Shown: piece by piece, positions 39,290 through 54,247 of the stretch
Numbering within the stretch: the stretch's first letter is position 1
How the letters are laid out: each line of letters begins with the position of its first letter
From: Eledone cirrhosa
Lineage: Eukaryota
Assembly: GCA_964016885.1 (NCBI GenBank)
Contig: OZ024743.1
Span: 241,924,001-241,988,000 of the forward strand
Reading direction: 5' to 3'
Length of the DNA: 64,000 bases
Made by a program: the position numbers and the translations under genes
The notes under the pieces: model-generated
What the model was told of the DNA's origin: nothing
What the model saw: the letters and a program-made list of their open reading frames with translations, nothing else
Database searches by the model: none

Positions 39290-42200
39290 TTGTTGCTCTT
39301 GTTGCTAATGTTGTTGTTGTTGGTGGTGGTGTTGCTAATGTCGTTGTTGTTGGTGGTGTTGTTACTAATGTTGTTGTTGTTGGTGGTGTTGTTGCTAATG
39401 CTGTTGTTGTTGGTGGTGTTGTTGCGAATGTTGTTGTTGGTGGAGTGGTGCGAATGTTGTTGTTGTTGGTGGTGTTGTTACTAATGTTTTTGTTGTTGGT
39501 GGTGTTGTTGCTAATATTGTTGTTGTTGGTGGTGTTGTTGCTAATGTTGTTGTTGTTGGAGGTGTTGTTGCTAATGTTGTTGTTGTTGTTGGTGGTGTTG
39601 GTAATGTTGTTGTTGTTGGTGGTGTTGTTGGTAATGTTGTTGTTGTTGGTGACGCTGTTGCTAATGTTGGTGTTGGTGGTGGGGTTGCTAATGTTGTTGT
39701 TGTTAGGGGTGTTGTTGCTAATGTTGTTGTTGTTGGTGGTGTTGTTACTAATGTTGTTGTTGTTGGTTGTGGTGTTGCTAATGTTGTTGTTGTTGGTGGT
39801 GGTGTTACTAATGTTGTTGTTGTTGGTGGTGTTGTTGCTAATGTTGTTGTTGTTGGTGGTGTTGTGCGAATGTTTTTGTTGTTGGTGGTGGTGTTGCTAA
39901 TATTGTTGTTGTTGGTGGTGTTGTTGCTAATGTTGTTGTTGTTGGTGGTGGTGTTGCTAATATTGTTGTTGTTGGTGGTGTTGTTGCTAACGTTGTTGTT
40001 GGTGGTGGTGAGGTTGCTAATATTGTTGTTGTTGATGGTGGTGTTGCTAATGTTGTTGTTGGTGGTGGTGTTGCTAATATTGTTGTTGTTGGTGGTGTTG
40101 TTGCTAATGTTGTTGTTGGTGGTGGTGTTGTTGCTAATTTTGTTGTTGTTGGAGGTGTTGTTACTAATGTTTTTGTTGTTGGTGTTGTTGCTAATGTTTT
40201 TGTTGTTGGTGGTGTTGTTGCTAATGTTGTTGTTGTTGGTGGTGGTGTTGCTAATGGTGTTGTTGTTGGTGGTGTTGTTGCTAATGTTGTTGTTGTTGGT
40301 GGTGGTGTTGCTAATGTTGTTGTTGTTGGTGGTGTTGTTGCTAATGTTGTTGTTGTTGGGGGTGTTGTTGCTAATGGTGTTGTTGTTGGTGGTGTTGTTA
40401 CTAACGTTGTTGTTGTTGATGGTGTTGTTGCTAATGTTGTTGTTGTTGGTGGTGGTGTTGCTAATGTTGTTGTTGTTGGTGGTGTTGTTGCTAATGTTGT
40501 TGTTGGTGGTGGTGTTGTTGCTAATGTTGTTGTTGTTGGTGGTGTTGTTGCTAATGGTTTTGTTGTTGGTGGTGTTGTTGCTAATGGTTTTGTTGTTGTT
40601 GGTGGTGTTGCTAATGTTGTTGTTGTTGGTGGTGTTGTTGCTAATGTTGTTGTTGATTGTGGTGGGGTTGCTAATGTTTTTGTTGGTGGTGGTGTTGCTA
40701 ATGTTGTTGTTGTTGGTGGTGTTGCTGCTAATGTTGTTGTTGTTAGTGGTGTTGTTGCTAATGTTGTTGTTGGTGGTGGTGGTGTTGGTAATGTTGTTGT
40801 TGTTGGTGGTGGTGTTGTTCGTAATGTTGTTGTTGTTGGTGGTGGTGTTGCTAATGTTGTTGTTGTTGGTGGTGTTGTTGCTAATATTGTTGTTGTTGGT
40901 GGTGTTATTGCTAATGTTGTTGTTGTTGCTGTTGTTGTTGGTAATGTTGTTGTTGCTGTTATTGTTGGTAATGTTGTTGTTGTTGGTGGTGTTGTTGGTA
41001 ATGTTGTGTGGTTGGTGATGCTGTTGCTAATGTTGTTGTTGGTGATGGTGGTGTTGCTAATGTTGTTGTTGTTGGTGGTGGTGTTACTGATGTTTTTGTT
41101 GTTGGTGGTGTTGTTGCTAATATTGTTGTTGTTGGTGGTGTTGTTGCTAATGTTGTTGTTGTTGGTGGTGTTGTTGGTAATGTTGTTGTTGTTGGTGGTG
41201 TTGTTGCTAATGTTGTTGTTGTTGGTGGTGTTGTTGGTAATGTTGTTGTTGTTGATGGTGTTGTTGCTAACGTTGTTTGTTGGTGGTGGTGTCGTTGGTA
41301 ATGTTGTTGTTGTTGATGGTGTTGTTGCTAATGTTGTTGTTGTTGATGGTGTCGTTGGTAATGTTGTTGTTGTTGGTGGTGGTGTTGCTAATGTTGTTGT
41401 TGTTGATGGTGTTGTTGCTAATGTTGTTGTTGTTGGTGGTGGTGTTGCTAATGTTGTTGTTGTTGGTGTAGTGTTGCTAATGTTATTGTTGTTGGTGGTG
41501 GTGTTGCTAATGGTGGTGTTGTTACTAATGTTTTTGTTGTTGGTGGTGTTGTTACTAATGTTGTTGTTGTTGGTGGTGGTGTTGCTAATGTTGTTGTTGT
41601 TGTTGGTGGTGGAGTTGTTGCTAATATTGTTGTTGTTGTTGTTGTTGTTGGTGGTGTTGTTGCTAATGTTGTTGTTGTTGGTGGTGTTGTTGCTAATGTT
41701 GTTGTTGGTGGTGGTGTTGTTGCTAATGTTGTTGTTGTTGGTGGTGTTGGTGGTAATGTTGTTGTTGTTGGTGGTGTTTTTACTAATGTTTTTGTTGTTG
41801 GTGGTGTTGTTGCTAATGTTGTTGTTGTTGCTGCTGTTGTTGTTGGTAATGTTGTTGTTGGTGTTGTTGGTAATGTTATTGTTGTTGGTGATGGTGTTGC
41901 TAATGTTGTTGTTGGTGGTGGTGGTGTTGCTAATGTTGTTGTTGTTGGTGTTGTTACTAATGTTGTTGTTGGTGGTGGTGGTGTTGCTAATGTTGTTGTT
42001 GTTTGTGTTGTTGCTAATGTTGTTGTTTTTGTTGTTGGTGGTGGTGTTGTTGCTAATGTTGTTGTTGGATGTGGTGTTGCTAATGTTGTTGTTGTTGTTG
42101 GTGGTGGTGTTACTAATGTTGTTGTTGTTGGAGGTGGTGTTGCTAATGTTGTTGTTGGTGGTGGTGTTGTTGCTAATCTTGTTGTTGGTGGTGTTGTGCG

Positions 42201-43250
42201 AATGTTTTTGTTGTTGGTGGTGTTGTTGCTAATATTGTTTTTGTTGGTGGTGTTGTTGCTAATGTTGTTGTTGTTGGTGGTGTTGTTAATAATGTTTTTG
42301 TTCTTGGTGTTGTTGCTAATGTTGTTGTTGTTGTTGGTGGTGTTGTTGCTAATGTTGTTGTTGTTGGTGGTGTTGTTGCTAATGTTGTTGTTGTTGGGGG
42401 TGTTGTTGATAATGGTGTTGTTGTTGGTGGTGCTGTTACTAATGTTGTTGTTGTTGGTGGTGGTGTTACTAATGTTGTTGTTGATGGTGGTCTTGTTGCT
42501 AATGGTTTGTTGTTGGTGTTGTTGCTAATGTTGTTGCTGTTGGTGGTGTTGTTGCTAATGTTGTTGTTGTTGGTGGTGTTTTTGCTAATGTTGTTTTTGG
42601 TGGTTGTGGTGTTGCTAATGTTGTTGTTGTTGGTGGTGTTGTTGATAATGTTGTTGCTAATGTTGTTGTTGTTGGCGGTGGTGTTACTAATGTTGTTGTT
42701 GTTGGTGGTGTGGTTGGTAATGTTGTTGTTGGTGGTGGTGTTGTTGGTAATGTTGTTGTTGTTGATGGTGTCGTTGGTAATGTTGTTGTTGTTGATGGTG
42801 TTGTTGCTAATGTTGTTGTTGGTGGTGGTGGTGTTGCTAATGTTGTTGTTGTTGGTGGTGTTACTAATGTTGTTGTTGTTGGTGGTGTTGTTGCCAATGT
42901 TGTTGTTGTTGGTGGTGTTGTTTGTAATGTTGTTGTTGTTGGTGGTGTTGTAGGTAATGTTGTTGGTGTTGATGGTGTCGTTGGTAATGTTGTTGTTGTT
43001 GATGGTGTTGTTGCTAATGTTGTTGCTGTTGATGGTGTCGTTGGTAATGTTGTTGTTGTTGGTGGTGGTGTTGCTAATGTTGTTGTTGTTGATGGTGTTG
43101 TTGCTAATGTTGTTGTTGGTGGTGATGGTGTTGCTAATGTTATTGTTGTTGGTGGTGGTGTTGCTAATGTGGTTGTTGTTGGTGTTGTTGCTAATGTTGT
43201 TGCTAATGTTGTTGTTGTTGGTGATGTTGTTGTTAATTTTGTTGTTGTTG
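39290..43250. repeat. ~4 kb 30-bp minisatellite (GCTAATGTTGTTGTTGTTGGTGGTGTTGTT)n
   Basis: Direct reading; roughly 130 units built on a (TTG)n scaffold. Confidence 0.95.
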
Positions 43251-43515
43251 GTGATGCTGGAGTATCTTATGCTGTCGATGTTGTTCTTATTGTTATTGCT
43301 GAGGTTGGTGTTGATATTATTGGTGTTCTAGTTGTTGATGTTTTTGATGTTCATGTTGATGTTGTTGTTGTCGTTGTTGTTCGTGTTTTCCTTATTGTTG
43401 TAGCTATGGTTTTACCCTTTTACTTCACTTTTACATATTTTTTTCATATTCCATCACATGAAGTCTCTATGCATTAAATAGTTTCTCTACTTAATTTCAA
43501 TTATCATGTCACCAT

Positions 43516-43579
<64 letters not shown>

Positions 43580-43642
43580 TGCTGTTGTTTTTATGTTAAT
43601 TCGTTCCTTTTTTCTCCATACTTCTCCCCCCCCCCTCTCTCT

Positions 43643-43682
<40 letters not shown>

Positions 43683-44034
43683 TGTATATATACATATATA
43701 CCTTTCCTACTGTTTCCTTATCTCTCCCCCTTTCTCTCACTCTCCCCCCCTCTCTCTCTCCCTCTCACGTTCAATCCATCGTAAATTCCTTGTCTCTGTG
43801 TCCCTGTCTGGGTTAATTACACCGTCACTGTCTACGTGTATGTACGTGTATGTCTAGGTACCTGATTTGTATATATGTCTATATATGCATATGTGGGTAT
43901 GTCTAGAGTGTCTCAATGTCTATGCCTCGCCAATGTGTGTCTCTATGACTTGCATATATATATATATGTGTGTGTGTGTGTGTATATGTATATATATGTA
44001 TGTTTTATATATATAGTATATATATATTTATTTA

Positions 44035-44093
<59 letters not shown>

Positions 44094-44117
44094 ATATTAT
44101 ATTATATATATTATATT

Positions 44118-44264
<147 letters not shown>

Positions 44265-44409
44265 GTGTGTGTGTGCCTGTATGTGTGTGTATGTTTGTGT
44301 GTAATAAATTTATTGACATCACACTCCATCAAACATCAATAAATCAACAGAATGTTTGTTTTTTTTAAATGTTGCTATAATGTCTTAGTTTGATAATATA
44401 GTCGACTGC

Positions 44410-45035
44410 GAGGAGTAGAGGGAGTGGGCGCACGTTGAGAGAGGGGGTGACTATGGTGTGTGTAGGGAATGAGAGTAGGGTCTGAAAGAGAGAGAGGGAG
44501 AGAGAGTGACTGTAATAAGTGTAGGGAGTGGCAGTAGGCTGTGAGAGAGAGGGGTGACTAGGTGTGTGTAAGGAATGAGAGTAGGGTCTGAAAGAGAGAG
44601 AGGGAGAGAGAGTGACTGTAATAAGTGTAGGGAGTGGAGTGTGAGTAGGATGTGAGAGAGAGAGAGTTGGGAGACTGGGATGTGTGTAAGGAATGGAAGT
44701 AGATTGTTAGAATATAGGGGAGACTATGGTGGTTCTAGGGAGTGGGAGCAGGTTGTGTGAGAGAGGGGAAGACTGTGATAGGTGAAGAGAGGTGGAGCAG
44801 CTAATGCGAGAGAGGGGGAGATTGTGATGTGTTTAGGGAGAAGGATTAGTTTGTGAGAGAGAGAGAAGGTAGCTGTGCTAGATGTAGGGGGTGGAAGTAG
44901 TTTGTAAGAGGGAGAGGGAGAGGACTAGGATGTGTGTGGGAAATGGAGGTAAATAATAAGAGGAACGGTGAAACTTTGATGGGTGTAGGATGTGAGAAAG
45001 AGACTGTGGTAGGTATATGGAGTGGGGGGTAAGTT

Positions 45036-45070
<35 letters not shown>

Positions 45071-45305
45071 CGGTTGAGAGAGAGGTGGTGAGTTTCGAGA
45101 ATGACAGTAGATTGTGAGAAAGAGGTGTAGGAGACTAAAGAATGGAAGTGGGTTGTGAGAGAGAGAGATAAAGTGTGAGATTAAGTCATACCAAATTTCT
45201 GGACCATCGAAATACTAAGCATACAAAGTGTGAGATTGTTGTCAGAGATTGTTGTGTGTTTAGTGTAGGATGAAAATGTGAGTAAGGGGGAGAGAGAAAG
45301 ACTGT
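44410..45305. repeat. Degenerate G/A-rich minisatellite
   Basis: Recurring GTAGGGAGTGG...GTGAGAGAGAGGG...GACTG units; near-exact duplication of ~44445-44530 at ~44550-44638. Confidence 0.75.
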
Positions 45306-45404
45306 CTGCTAGAAATTGTTGTGAGACGGTGGATGGTGGCGGCTGGAAGAAAGAAAATAGATGATAAAAACGTGCATCTCTAAAAATAGTTTGTTAGGTC
45401 GGTA

Positions 45405-45690
45405 CAAGAGGCATATAAGGTCATAACGGCAGAAGAGCCATATAATGTCATAATGGCAAAAGAGCCATATAAGGTATAACAGCAAAAGAGCCATATAAGG
45501 TCATGCGGCAAAAGAGCCATATAAGGTCATAACGGCAAAAGAGCAATATAAGGTCATAACAGTAAAAGAGCCATATAAAGTCATAAAGGCAAAAGAGCCA
45601 TACAAGGTCATAACGGTAAAAGAGCCATATAAAATCCTAATGGTAAAAGGGCCATATAAGGTCATAACGGTAAAAGAGCCATATAAGGCT
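45405..45690. repeat. 27-bp minisatellite (AAAAGAGCCATATAAGGTCATAACGGC) x ~10-11
   Basis: Direct reading. Confidence 0.92.
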
Positions 45691-47269
45691 ACACTGACAT
45701 AAGTATCATAAAATTACGGTCATAAGAGCCATACAAGATGATAATGACACAAAAGCCATATCAGACTGTAATGGATCAAGGGACATATAAAGTTGTGGCA
45801 CAGGTGTCATACAAGACAATAACAGCGTAAGAACCATGTAAGGCCATAACTTCATAACAGAGATTATGGCCTTACATGAGCTATATAAGGCAATAACACC
45901 AAAGATCCAGCAACAACATAAGAGTCTTGTGACAATGGTAGATACCAGTTTCATTATGAGTCGTTAGGAATGGTTGTAAAGTCACCGTGTTAAGTAAAGT
46001 CATGTAACGTTTGTGGTCAAGATCTATATTACTATTCTCAGACTAGCTAAATTTGGTACCCGAACTACTTAGATGATAACCCAGTATATAACTGTGGTAA
46101 AGGAACATACTATAAGATTGACTAACTGTACATTTGTTACTCTAGAAACCAAGAAGATAGTAATGTATGTAGCTGTGATAGAAGCGGGCACTGTTATCTT
46201 GACTAACTCTTGAGTTGGTATCCCAAAATACTTGGTTGGTAGTAGTATCCGTAGCTTTAAACAAGGACATCTCTCTATCATACGATGTTTCGTTGAATTT
46301 GCAGTCTTTTGTTTCTGAATATTTTGGTGAATGTTGTCAGAAAAGTTAGTGGGGAGATTAATGAAGTGTGATGACGACAGATGACAGATATTAATGGATT
46401 CCCCTGATTGTGAAGTGATATGAAGTGACCTTAGTCGTTAGGCAGCACACAGATATTCTCAGTGTTTGCCAGAGTTTCTCAGAGGTTTTCAAAGTTTGTC
46501 AGGGTTTGTTAGAGTTTGGGTGTTGTTGTCAGGTGAAATTCTTCGCGATATCTGTTCCGACTCTCAATGTTCAGAGTTCAAATACCACCGAGTTCAATTT
46601 TGTCTTTCATCATTTCGAGGTCGACAAATAAAGTACCAGTACAGATTGGTTGATTGGCCAAAATATTCAAGCATCAAACGTGATACCTTGTGGTATTTCT
46701 TTCATTCCTTTGAGTTCTAAATTCACCTGCGACGTCACTGGTAAAAGCTACATCACCCTTTGTCTTACCCTTGAATAACATCAGTATCATGGAGAGAAAG
46801 AGACTCGCATGCAATAGTAATTGATAGATTTCCATTAGGAATACCATTGCTCAGACCTACGCCTTGGAGATGAACTTTGCATGTGTAGATCCTTGATCTC
46901 ACGAGACCTGTAGAGATTCACTGGTGAGAAGGACAACAGTTGCTCTATTGATCGATTTCCGTGATCTTACAGTTAACACAAACTATCGAATACGCAGAGC
47001 AATTGTTTGACAACAGATAGAATGACCAGGAATGGGGAAGTATCTACAACACGTCATTAACTCCTCCAAGATAGACGAGCACTTTATTAGCAACATGGTA
47101 ACCACAAAACATGACCGTCTTGTCTTTTTTTAGTCTTTCTAAGAATATACCTGCCTGTTTAACGACGGTAAGTTGCGATTAAAAGTTATGACTGCTATTT
47201 CTAGTAGTACAACGGACCTACTAGACGGATTCTGCTGTCAGATGATGGCAAGGGAAACGATGCTGAGAC

Positions 47270-47413
47270 ATCTCGTGATGACGACGTCGACGTCGATGGT
47301 GTTGATGATGATGATGATGACGACGATGATGATGATAATGATGATGATCATGATGATGATATTGATGATAATGATATTGATGACGATGATGACGACGATC
47401 ATAATGATGATGG

Positions 47414-47444
<31 letters not shown>

Positions 47445-47660
47445 AATGACGATGATCATAATGATGATGATGATGTTGATGATGATGATCATGATGATGA
47501 CGGTGATGATGATATTTGATGATGATGACGATGTTGATGATAATGATATTGATGACAATGATGATGATGACGATGATGATGATATTAATGATAATTAATG
47601 ATATTGATGATGAGGATGATATTAATGATATTGATGATGAGGATGACAACGATGATGCTG
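47270..47660. repeat. (GAT)n-derived microsatellite
   Basis: Direct reading. Confidence 0.9.
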
Positions 47661-47852
47661 GAGGCGGTGATTGTGAAAGTCAGTAATAGAACTGCAAGAT
47701 GGCTGCTATGTAATTACACAAGAGGAAAGGGGAGGGGGGGGGGATAGAGAGGAAATGAAATTAAGAAAAGTTGATGATCTAAAATAGCAATATTACCTAT
47801 TGCAGATGAAGTGGGGAAGTAGTCAACCGACGTCAAGAGGATCATAACAACC

Positions 47853-47888
<36 letters not shown>

Positions 47889-48019
47889 CTGATGTATGTC
47901 TGTAGGTGTGTGTGTCTGTATGTCGTTGTGGAGATCTAAATGGCTCAATGTATATGTGCAACTATCTGATTTACGGAGCTCTGAATGGCACTCTCTGTGT
48001 GTTGTGTACCTGGGTGTGA

Positions 48020-48025
48020 ATGTAT

Positions 48026-48098
<73 letters not shown>

Positions 48099-48153
48099 AT
48101 ATATATATATATATATATATACATATATAAATGTATATATATATATATATATA

Positions 48154-48214
<61 letters not shown>

Positions 48215-48254
48215 ATATATATATCATATATATATATATAAACATATACATATA

Positions 48255-48289
<35 letters not shown>

Positions 48290-48304
48290 AATATAAACAC
48301 ACAT

Positions 48305-48347
<43 letters not shown>

Positions 48348-48348
48348 A

Positions 48349-48442
<94 letters not shown>

Positions 48443-48595
48443 AACATATATATATATATATATATGGGGGGGAAAGGGGTGTCTGTGTGTGTAAGTATGT
48501 ATGTATATGTTATATATATGAGGCAGTGAGTGTGTATATATGGTATAAAAATTACTCCTTGCAAATGAATATTGTATGGGTCTATATATACAAAC

Positions 48596-48662
<67 letters not shown>

Positions 48663-49278
48663 TGTCTGTGTATACGCACATGTATAAATAGACAAATACA
48701 CTATTAACTTGAAAACGCCAGTGTCAGATCGAAATGCATACATACATACATCGTACATACATATTTACATACATACATCGTACATACATACTTACATACA
48801 TACATACATCGTACATACATACTTACATACATACATACATCGTACATACATACTTACATACATACATACATCGTACATACATACTTACATACATACAAAC
48901 ATACATACATACATACATACATACATACATACATACATACATACATACATACATACATACATACATACTTACATACATACATATATGTTATATATATGCA
49001 GATGTATTTTATCTGACAGCAGCTTATGCAAGTGTATGTATGTGTATATGTATAATGTTTGTATGTGTGTATGTATGTATCTATGTGTGTGAGTGATATA
49101 TATCGGGTTTTTCTTTGACTGTATAGGTGTGTCTATTGACTGATGGTATCAAGTTAATTGTGATAGTTTAATATATGTGTCTATATATTTATGCATATAT
49201 GTATGTATGTATGTATGTATGTATATATGTATGTATATATGTAGGTATGTATATATATATATATAATTGGTTGGATGG

Positions 49279-49369
<91 letters not shown>

Positions 49370-49370
49370 T
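48020..49370. repeat. Compound (TA)n/(TG)n/(CATA)n microsatellite field
   Basis: Direct reading; includes repeated CATCGTACATACATACTTACATA units at 48748-48895. Confidence 0.9.
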
Positions 49371-49439
49371 ATATGGATGTGTATATGTTTGTCTTTAATA
49401 TTTTGTATGATTGCATTCGTGCCCACAAGAGGTTTCAAC

Positions 49440-50200
49440 TCCACCACCATCGCGACCACCACCATCATCACTCCCGCACAACCCCATAGCAACAAACCTC
49501 ACCACTACCTTCACTACCACAGCATCGCCAAAGAATTACATCCACATCATCCCCACCATAACTATCACAATCACCGCCAAAGTGTCACCAACATCATCAC
49601 CACAACCAGCGCTAGCACCACTAATACGACAACCTCCTCTACCACCAATACCACCACCACTACCACATTACGACCACAGAAACCACTACTGGTGGTGGTG
49701 GTGGTGGTGGTGGTGGTGTGGCGGCCGCGGTGGCGGTGATGCTGGTTGTGTTGGTGGTGGTGGTGGTGGTGGTGGTGGTGGTGGTGGTGGTGGTGGTGGT
49801 GGTGTTAGTGGTGATGGTAGTGGTGATGGTAGTGGTGGTGGTGGTGGTGATAGTAGTGGTGGTGGTGGTGGTGGTGTTAGTGGCGGTGGTGGTGGTGATG
49901 GTAGTGGTGGTGGTGGTGATAGTAGTGGTAGTGGTGGTGGTAGTGGTGGTGGTGGTGGTGGTAGTGGTGGTAGTGGTGGTGGTGGTGGTGATAGTAGTGG
50001 TGGTGGTGGTGGTGTTAGTGGCGGTGGTGGTGGTGATGGTAGTGGTGCTGGTGGTGATAGTAGTGGTAGTAGTGGTAGTAGTGGTGGTGGTGGTGGTAGT
50101 GGTGGTAGTGGTGGTAGTGGTGGTGGTGGTGGTAGTGGTGGTAGTGGTGGTAGTGGTGGTGGTGGTGGTGGTGGTGGTGGTGGTGGTGGTGGTGGTGGGT
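49440..50200. repeat. (CAC)-rich tract followed by (GGT)n/(AGT) tract
   Basis: Direct reading. Confidence 0.9.
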
Positions 50201-50354
50201 TAGTAATAATGCTGAAGTTGTTAAAAGCATGGGACGAGACGGTAACATTTATCCGCGGAAACAGGGACAACTATTTGATTTCTAAACTAAAAGTGAATGG
50301 ACAAATTATGTCTATATGCACATGTATGTACGTATATATATATATGTATGTATG

Positions 50355-50388
<34 letters not shown>

Positions 50389-50393
50389 TGTAT

Positions 50394-53300
50394 GTTCTTC
50401 TGGTTTTATAATTTCACAAAGTTTTACCAATAGAGAGAGAGTCGGTTTCTAACATAGACACAAGACTCTCTCATTGGAATTTACACAACATCAACTAGGT
50501 AGATATGTATGTATGCATGCATGTGTAGATATGGATGTTATTGTATGTGTGGATGTGGATGTTTTGAGTTGTATGTGTGCATGTGTATATGCTTTGTATC
50601 TGTACATGTGTATATGCAGTTATTAGATGCAACATTTTTGGAATGTTTTACATATTTTCACTGTTCCAATCATGGATTGTACTTGTAGTTTCCTAACTAG
50701 TTGTGTTCTTTCTGTTCCTGTGAAGCCTAGCTTCTTAAGATTTGTATTGAGGCAGTTACTAACATACCCCAGTGCCCCAATAATCACAGGCATAAATCTG
50801 AAGGTGTAATCAGCGTGGAGTATCTGCAGATTTCTCATCAGTTCTGCATAAATATTCTCCTTTTCACTAATCTTTGATATTATAGTGGCATCTGCTGGGC
50901 AGCTAATTTCCACTACTGTGAATGTTTTCTTCTCCCTGTCCCACATCACAATATGTGGTCTGTTATGCCTGCATTTTATTGGGTTTTTACTGGAACATTC
51001 CACCAGTACTCTTTCATATTATGTACATGGATGTCTTCCACATTGTTGTAGCTTTTAATGTGTTTATTATCGGGGCTATCTTTTTTACGAACTGCATTGT
51101 ACAGTGTTTTGGCCACTACATCATGCCTCATAGGTAGATAGTACCGCGATGACATCTTTGGACAGCTGCTGATGACATGGGTGATATCCTCGATGTTAGT
51201 TCTGCAGAGTCTGCACTTGTTATCACATCTAGGTGTTTTGCCTGCATCCCTATCTCTTTTTTGAATCAGGTATTTCGTGCTAATCTCCTGTTCTTGGATT
51301 GCAAAAGCGTATCCTTCAAAGTGGGAGCCAATATAGCGGTTGTTGGTCCAAGATAGACTACTTTCTTTATCTATATTACTCTCACTTTGGAGCTTCCTGG
51401 CAACATATCCATGCATGGTTTTTTTGCTGATAGGCATGCAGTTTTCATCCATGGATTCACTGCGATACTGCTGAGCGACATCCCTGGGTGTGAGTTTTTG
51501 ATTATCACACAGAGAATATCTCTCAAGGAGTTCCTTCCCAACTCTCATGATCTTATCTGTTTCATGCAGATAGACTTGCTCGAGAAGCGGGCTCCTACGC
51601 TACGAGGTTCGTAGATGTTGTCGGAGAGATATGATGCGACATTCAAATATTGTCTGGACTGATGTTAGGCCTCTGCCTCCCTGCTTACGTTTCAAGTAAA
51701 GGCGGTCTATGTCACTGTTGATGTGGAAGTTTCCAGTGTTGTTCAGTATTTTTCGAGTTCCAACATCAACTGCTCGGATTTCGTCTATCGTCCAATTGAG
51801 TATTCCAAACGTTGGTGTTAGGACAGGCACAGCAAACACATTGTGAGCCACTGTTTTGTTTTGCGCAGAGAGTTCCGATGACCAGATCTTTCTTAATCGG
51901 GTGTAGTATTCCCTGGTTACGCGTTCTTTATTACAGATACCATTATAGGATATGTTCTCATCTATCCCCAGGTATCTGTAGCAGTCCTCATCAGATATCG
52001 GTGAAACAGTTAGACCATTGATGACAATGTTGCTAGATCGGGTTGTTGTTTTTACCCGCTTTACAGTCATGTATGAGCATTTATCTTGGCCAAACTCCAT
52101 TCCTATATCCTTTGAGAACGTTGTAACCAGGTCAAGATCTTTCTTCATCCCATCCATGTTCTTGGCATAGAGTTTCAGATCGTCCACAAAGAAATTATGG
52201 GTTAGGTTCGTATTTCTGTCCTCCTGTGAGCCAATGATGTATCCCTCACATTTCTTGAGCAGAAATGACAAGATGAACAATATCACAGAGAGACTGTCCC
52301 CCTGAAATATACCCCTGCAATATTTTATTTTATCAGTGAAAATAGAGTCCTCCCTCTCTGTCTTTAACCTTAGGATAGTAACCCAAGAAGAAGACAGCTT
52401 CTCTATGGCTCTGACAATAATGTCTGGGACTTTAGCAAGTTGGAGGGCCTCTATCATCCAAGAGTGGGGAATAGAATCGAAAGCTTTCTTGTAGTCCAGC
52501 CAGACTGTAGTCAACCATTCTGGTATAAGTGTATCTCCCTTAAGAACTTGTTGGTAGAGGTCAGTAAGATACTTCCGATAGAATATTAGTTTTTTGTACC
52601 AGTAGCCGACAATCATGTCTCTTCCTGGTGTTTTCTTATCTTGGAGTTTTCTTATCACAGTCTCAAGGGTACCCTCACTTATCTCGTATGTTTTTGTTGT
52701 AGTGTAGGAGTAATAGTTCTTTCGGATTTCTCTTAGCTACACTGCATCTTGGTTGAAATTTTCTTTTCACCCCATATTTTTCTCCAAAAGGAATCTATGT
52801 CTTTCTGGGTTGGGGCCTCAGTGACACTTATTATTTTGCCCTTCATATCTCTATAGACTGATGTTTGGTTTCGTCTGAATCTTTTATTAAGCATTTTTCT
52901 CTCATCTACCTTCTTCAGGTATCGGCGTTTTTCGCTAACAGCTCTCAATTCTTGTTTGAGGGTGATCAGCTTATATCGGAGAGTTCTGGTTCTACTGTTA
53001 CCAAACATCGTCTCTATTTTATTTTTCACTCTTTGTTGGTGAGGAGTGAGGGTTTTTTGTGTTTGTTTGCATGTAAGGAACATTGTCACATGTCCTATGT
53101 TTTTTCGTAGGTCAGCACTCTCTTTTTCTATTTTAGTTATATATGATGGTATTTTTGGTGGTGTTTTGTTTTTGTTAATATCTCTGCTATCACCAAGATA
53201 ATGCTTCACTGTCATTGCTAAGGCATATAAACAGGCGTTGATTTGCCAAAATGTTGGGGTTTTTATCCGTCGTAAATATTCATCCCCTATTTTGTCAATA

Positions 53301-54226
53301 ACACGTAGTATTTCATTATTTGGTTTGTTATTCACCATTGTCGTTTTAACACGTTCAACCAGAGAGATATTTATACATGAGTTAATTTCTCTCTGGAAGA
53401 TTTCGTTGAGGGAAATTTTCAATTGTTTATACTTTTGTTTATAATTATCGATAGTATTTTCCACAACTGTCGAGGTAGACTTGGATGGTATACGTGGTGT
53501 CAGATTTATTCGATTATTATTATTATCGATAGTGTTTTCTCCAGCATTCGAGGTAGACTTAGATGGTACAGGAGGTGTCAAATTTCTTACAGGCATAGTT
53601 GTTTCAAGGCGCTGTTCGACCTGGCTGCTAGGAAGTCTAGTAGCATGGCGATCTGTAGCACGTGTTGTTGATTCCATGTTTGTTGTCGGGGACTTACAAT
53701 TAATAATATTTATCTTATTTTTACGTTCAACAAACGTCGCTTGTTGGCGTAATTGTTTCGCTGCTGTGAAATAATTTAGCTCTGGGTGCATTTCGTCCCA
53801 GTGTAGCTTCATTCTATTCATATAGCCAATGGAGAGATTGTTTTTTGCCATTTTATAACAATTAAATAAATCATTATTAAGTTCGCAACTCCAAGAGAAA
53901 TGCGATTTATAATTTCGGTTGTTCTGTAGCTACAACTGAATAAAGTTTGATTACCTTCTTTGTTATTTGTCTTCGATACTTCCTTAATTTTTTTGTTGGT
54001 GTTGTGTTCAGCCATGCTGTTTGTAGCAAATCCTTGTAAAATTAATTATGTATTTAGTCGGATATCTCTACGAATTCGAATAAAATGTGTCTTCAGAAGG
54101 GATAGTTAGAAGAATAACCAGTTATTCAACCTGGCTGTAGTTGTGGCATTACTGTCGGAGATATTATTCATCTTAAATTTAATAAATAGTCTCCCACACC
54201 AAAATATGCGACTGATCGCGTTGACT
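50394..54226 (-). mobile_element. Near full-length R4/Dong-clade LINE (RT, CCHC, RLE), decayed
   Basis: N-terminal GYMNRMK.HW...P; RGIFQGDSLS, FVDDLKLY; CRLC..EDITHVISSC; RHD; RPHIV..D...VVEISCP; IIGALG; (CATA)n at both ends; RT N-terminal motifs appear deleted at PEWLTT/VWLDY. Confidence 0.92.
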
Positions 54227-54247
54227 GATGTATGTATGTATGTATGT

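Noticed and set aside
39143-43477. Long poly-Leu/Val ORFs resembling membrane proteins
   Set aside because: They are stop-free by-products of the TTG-based minisatellite
45405-45690. CRISPR-like appearance of the 27-bp repeats
   Set aside because: The units are contiguous with no unique spacers, there are no cas genes, and the context is eukaryotic
49411-50433. 340-aa Gly/Ser-rich ORF (and poly-Pro antisense ORF)
   Set aside because: It is a translation of (GGT)n microsatellite flanked by other simple repeats, with a non-ATG start, a poly-Trp stretch and no splice or domain evidence
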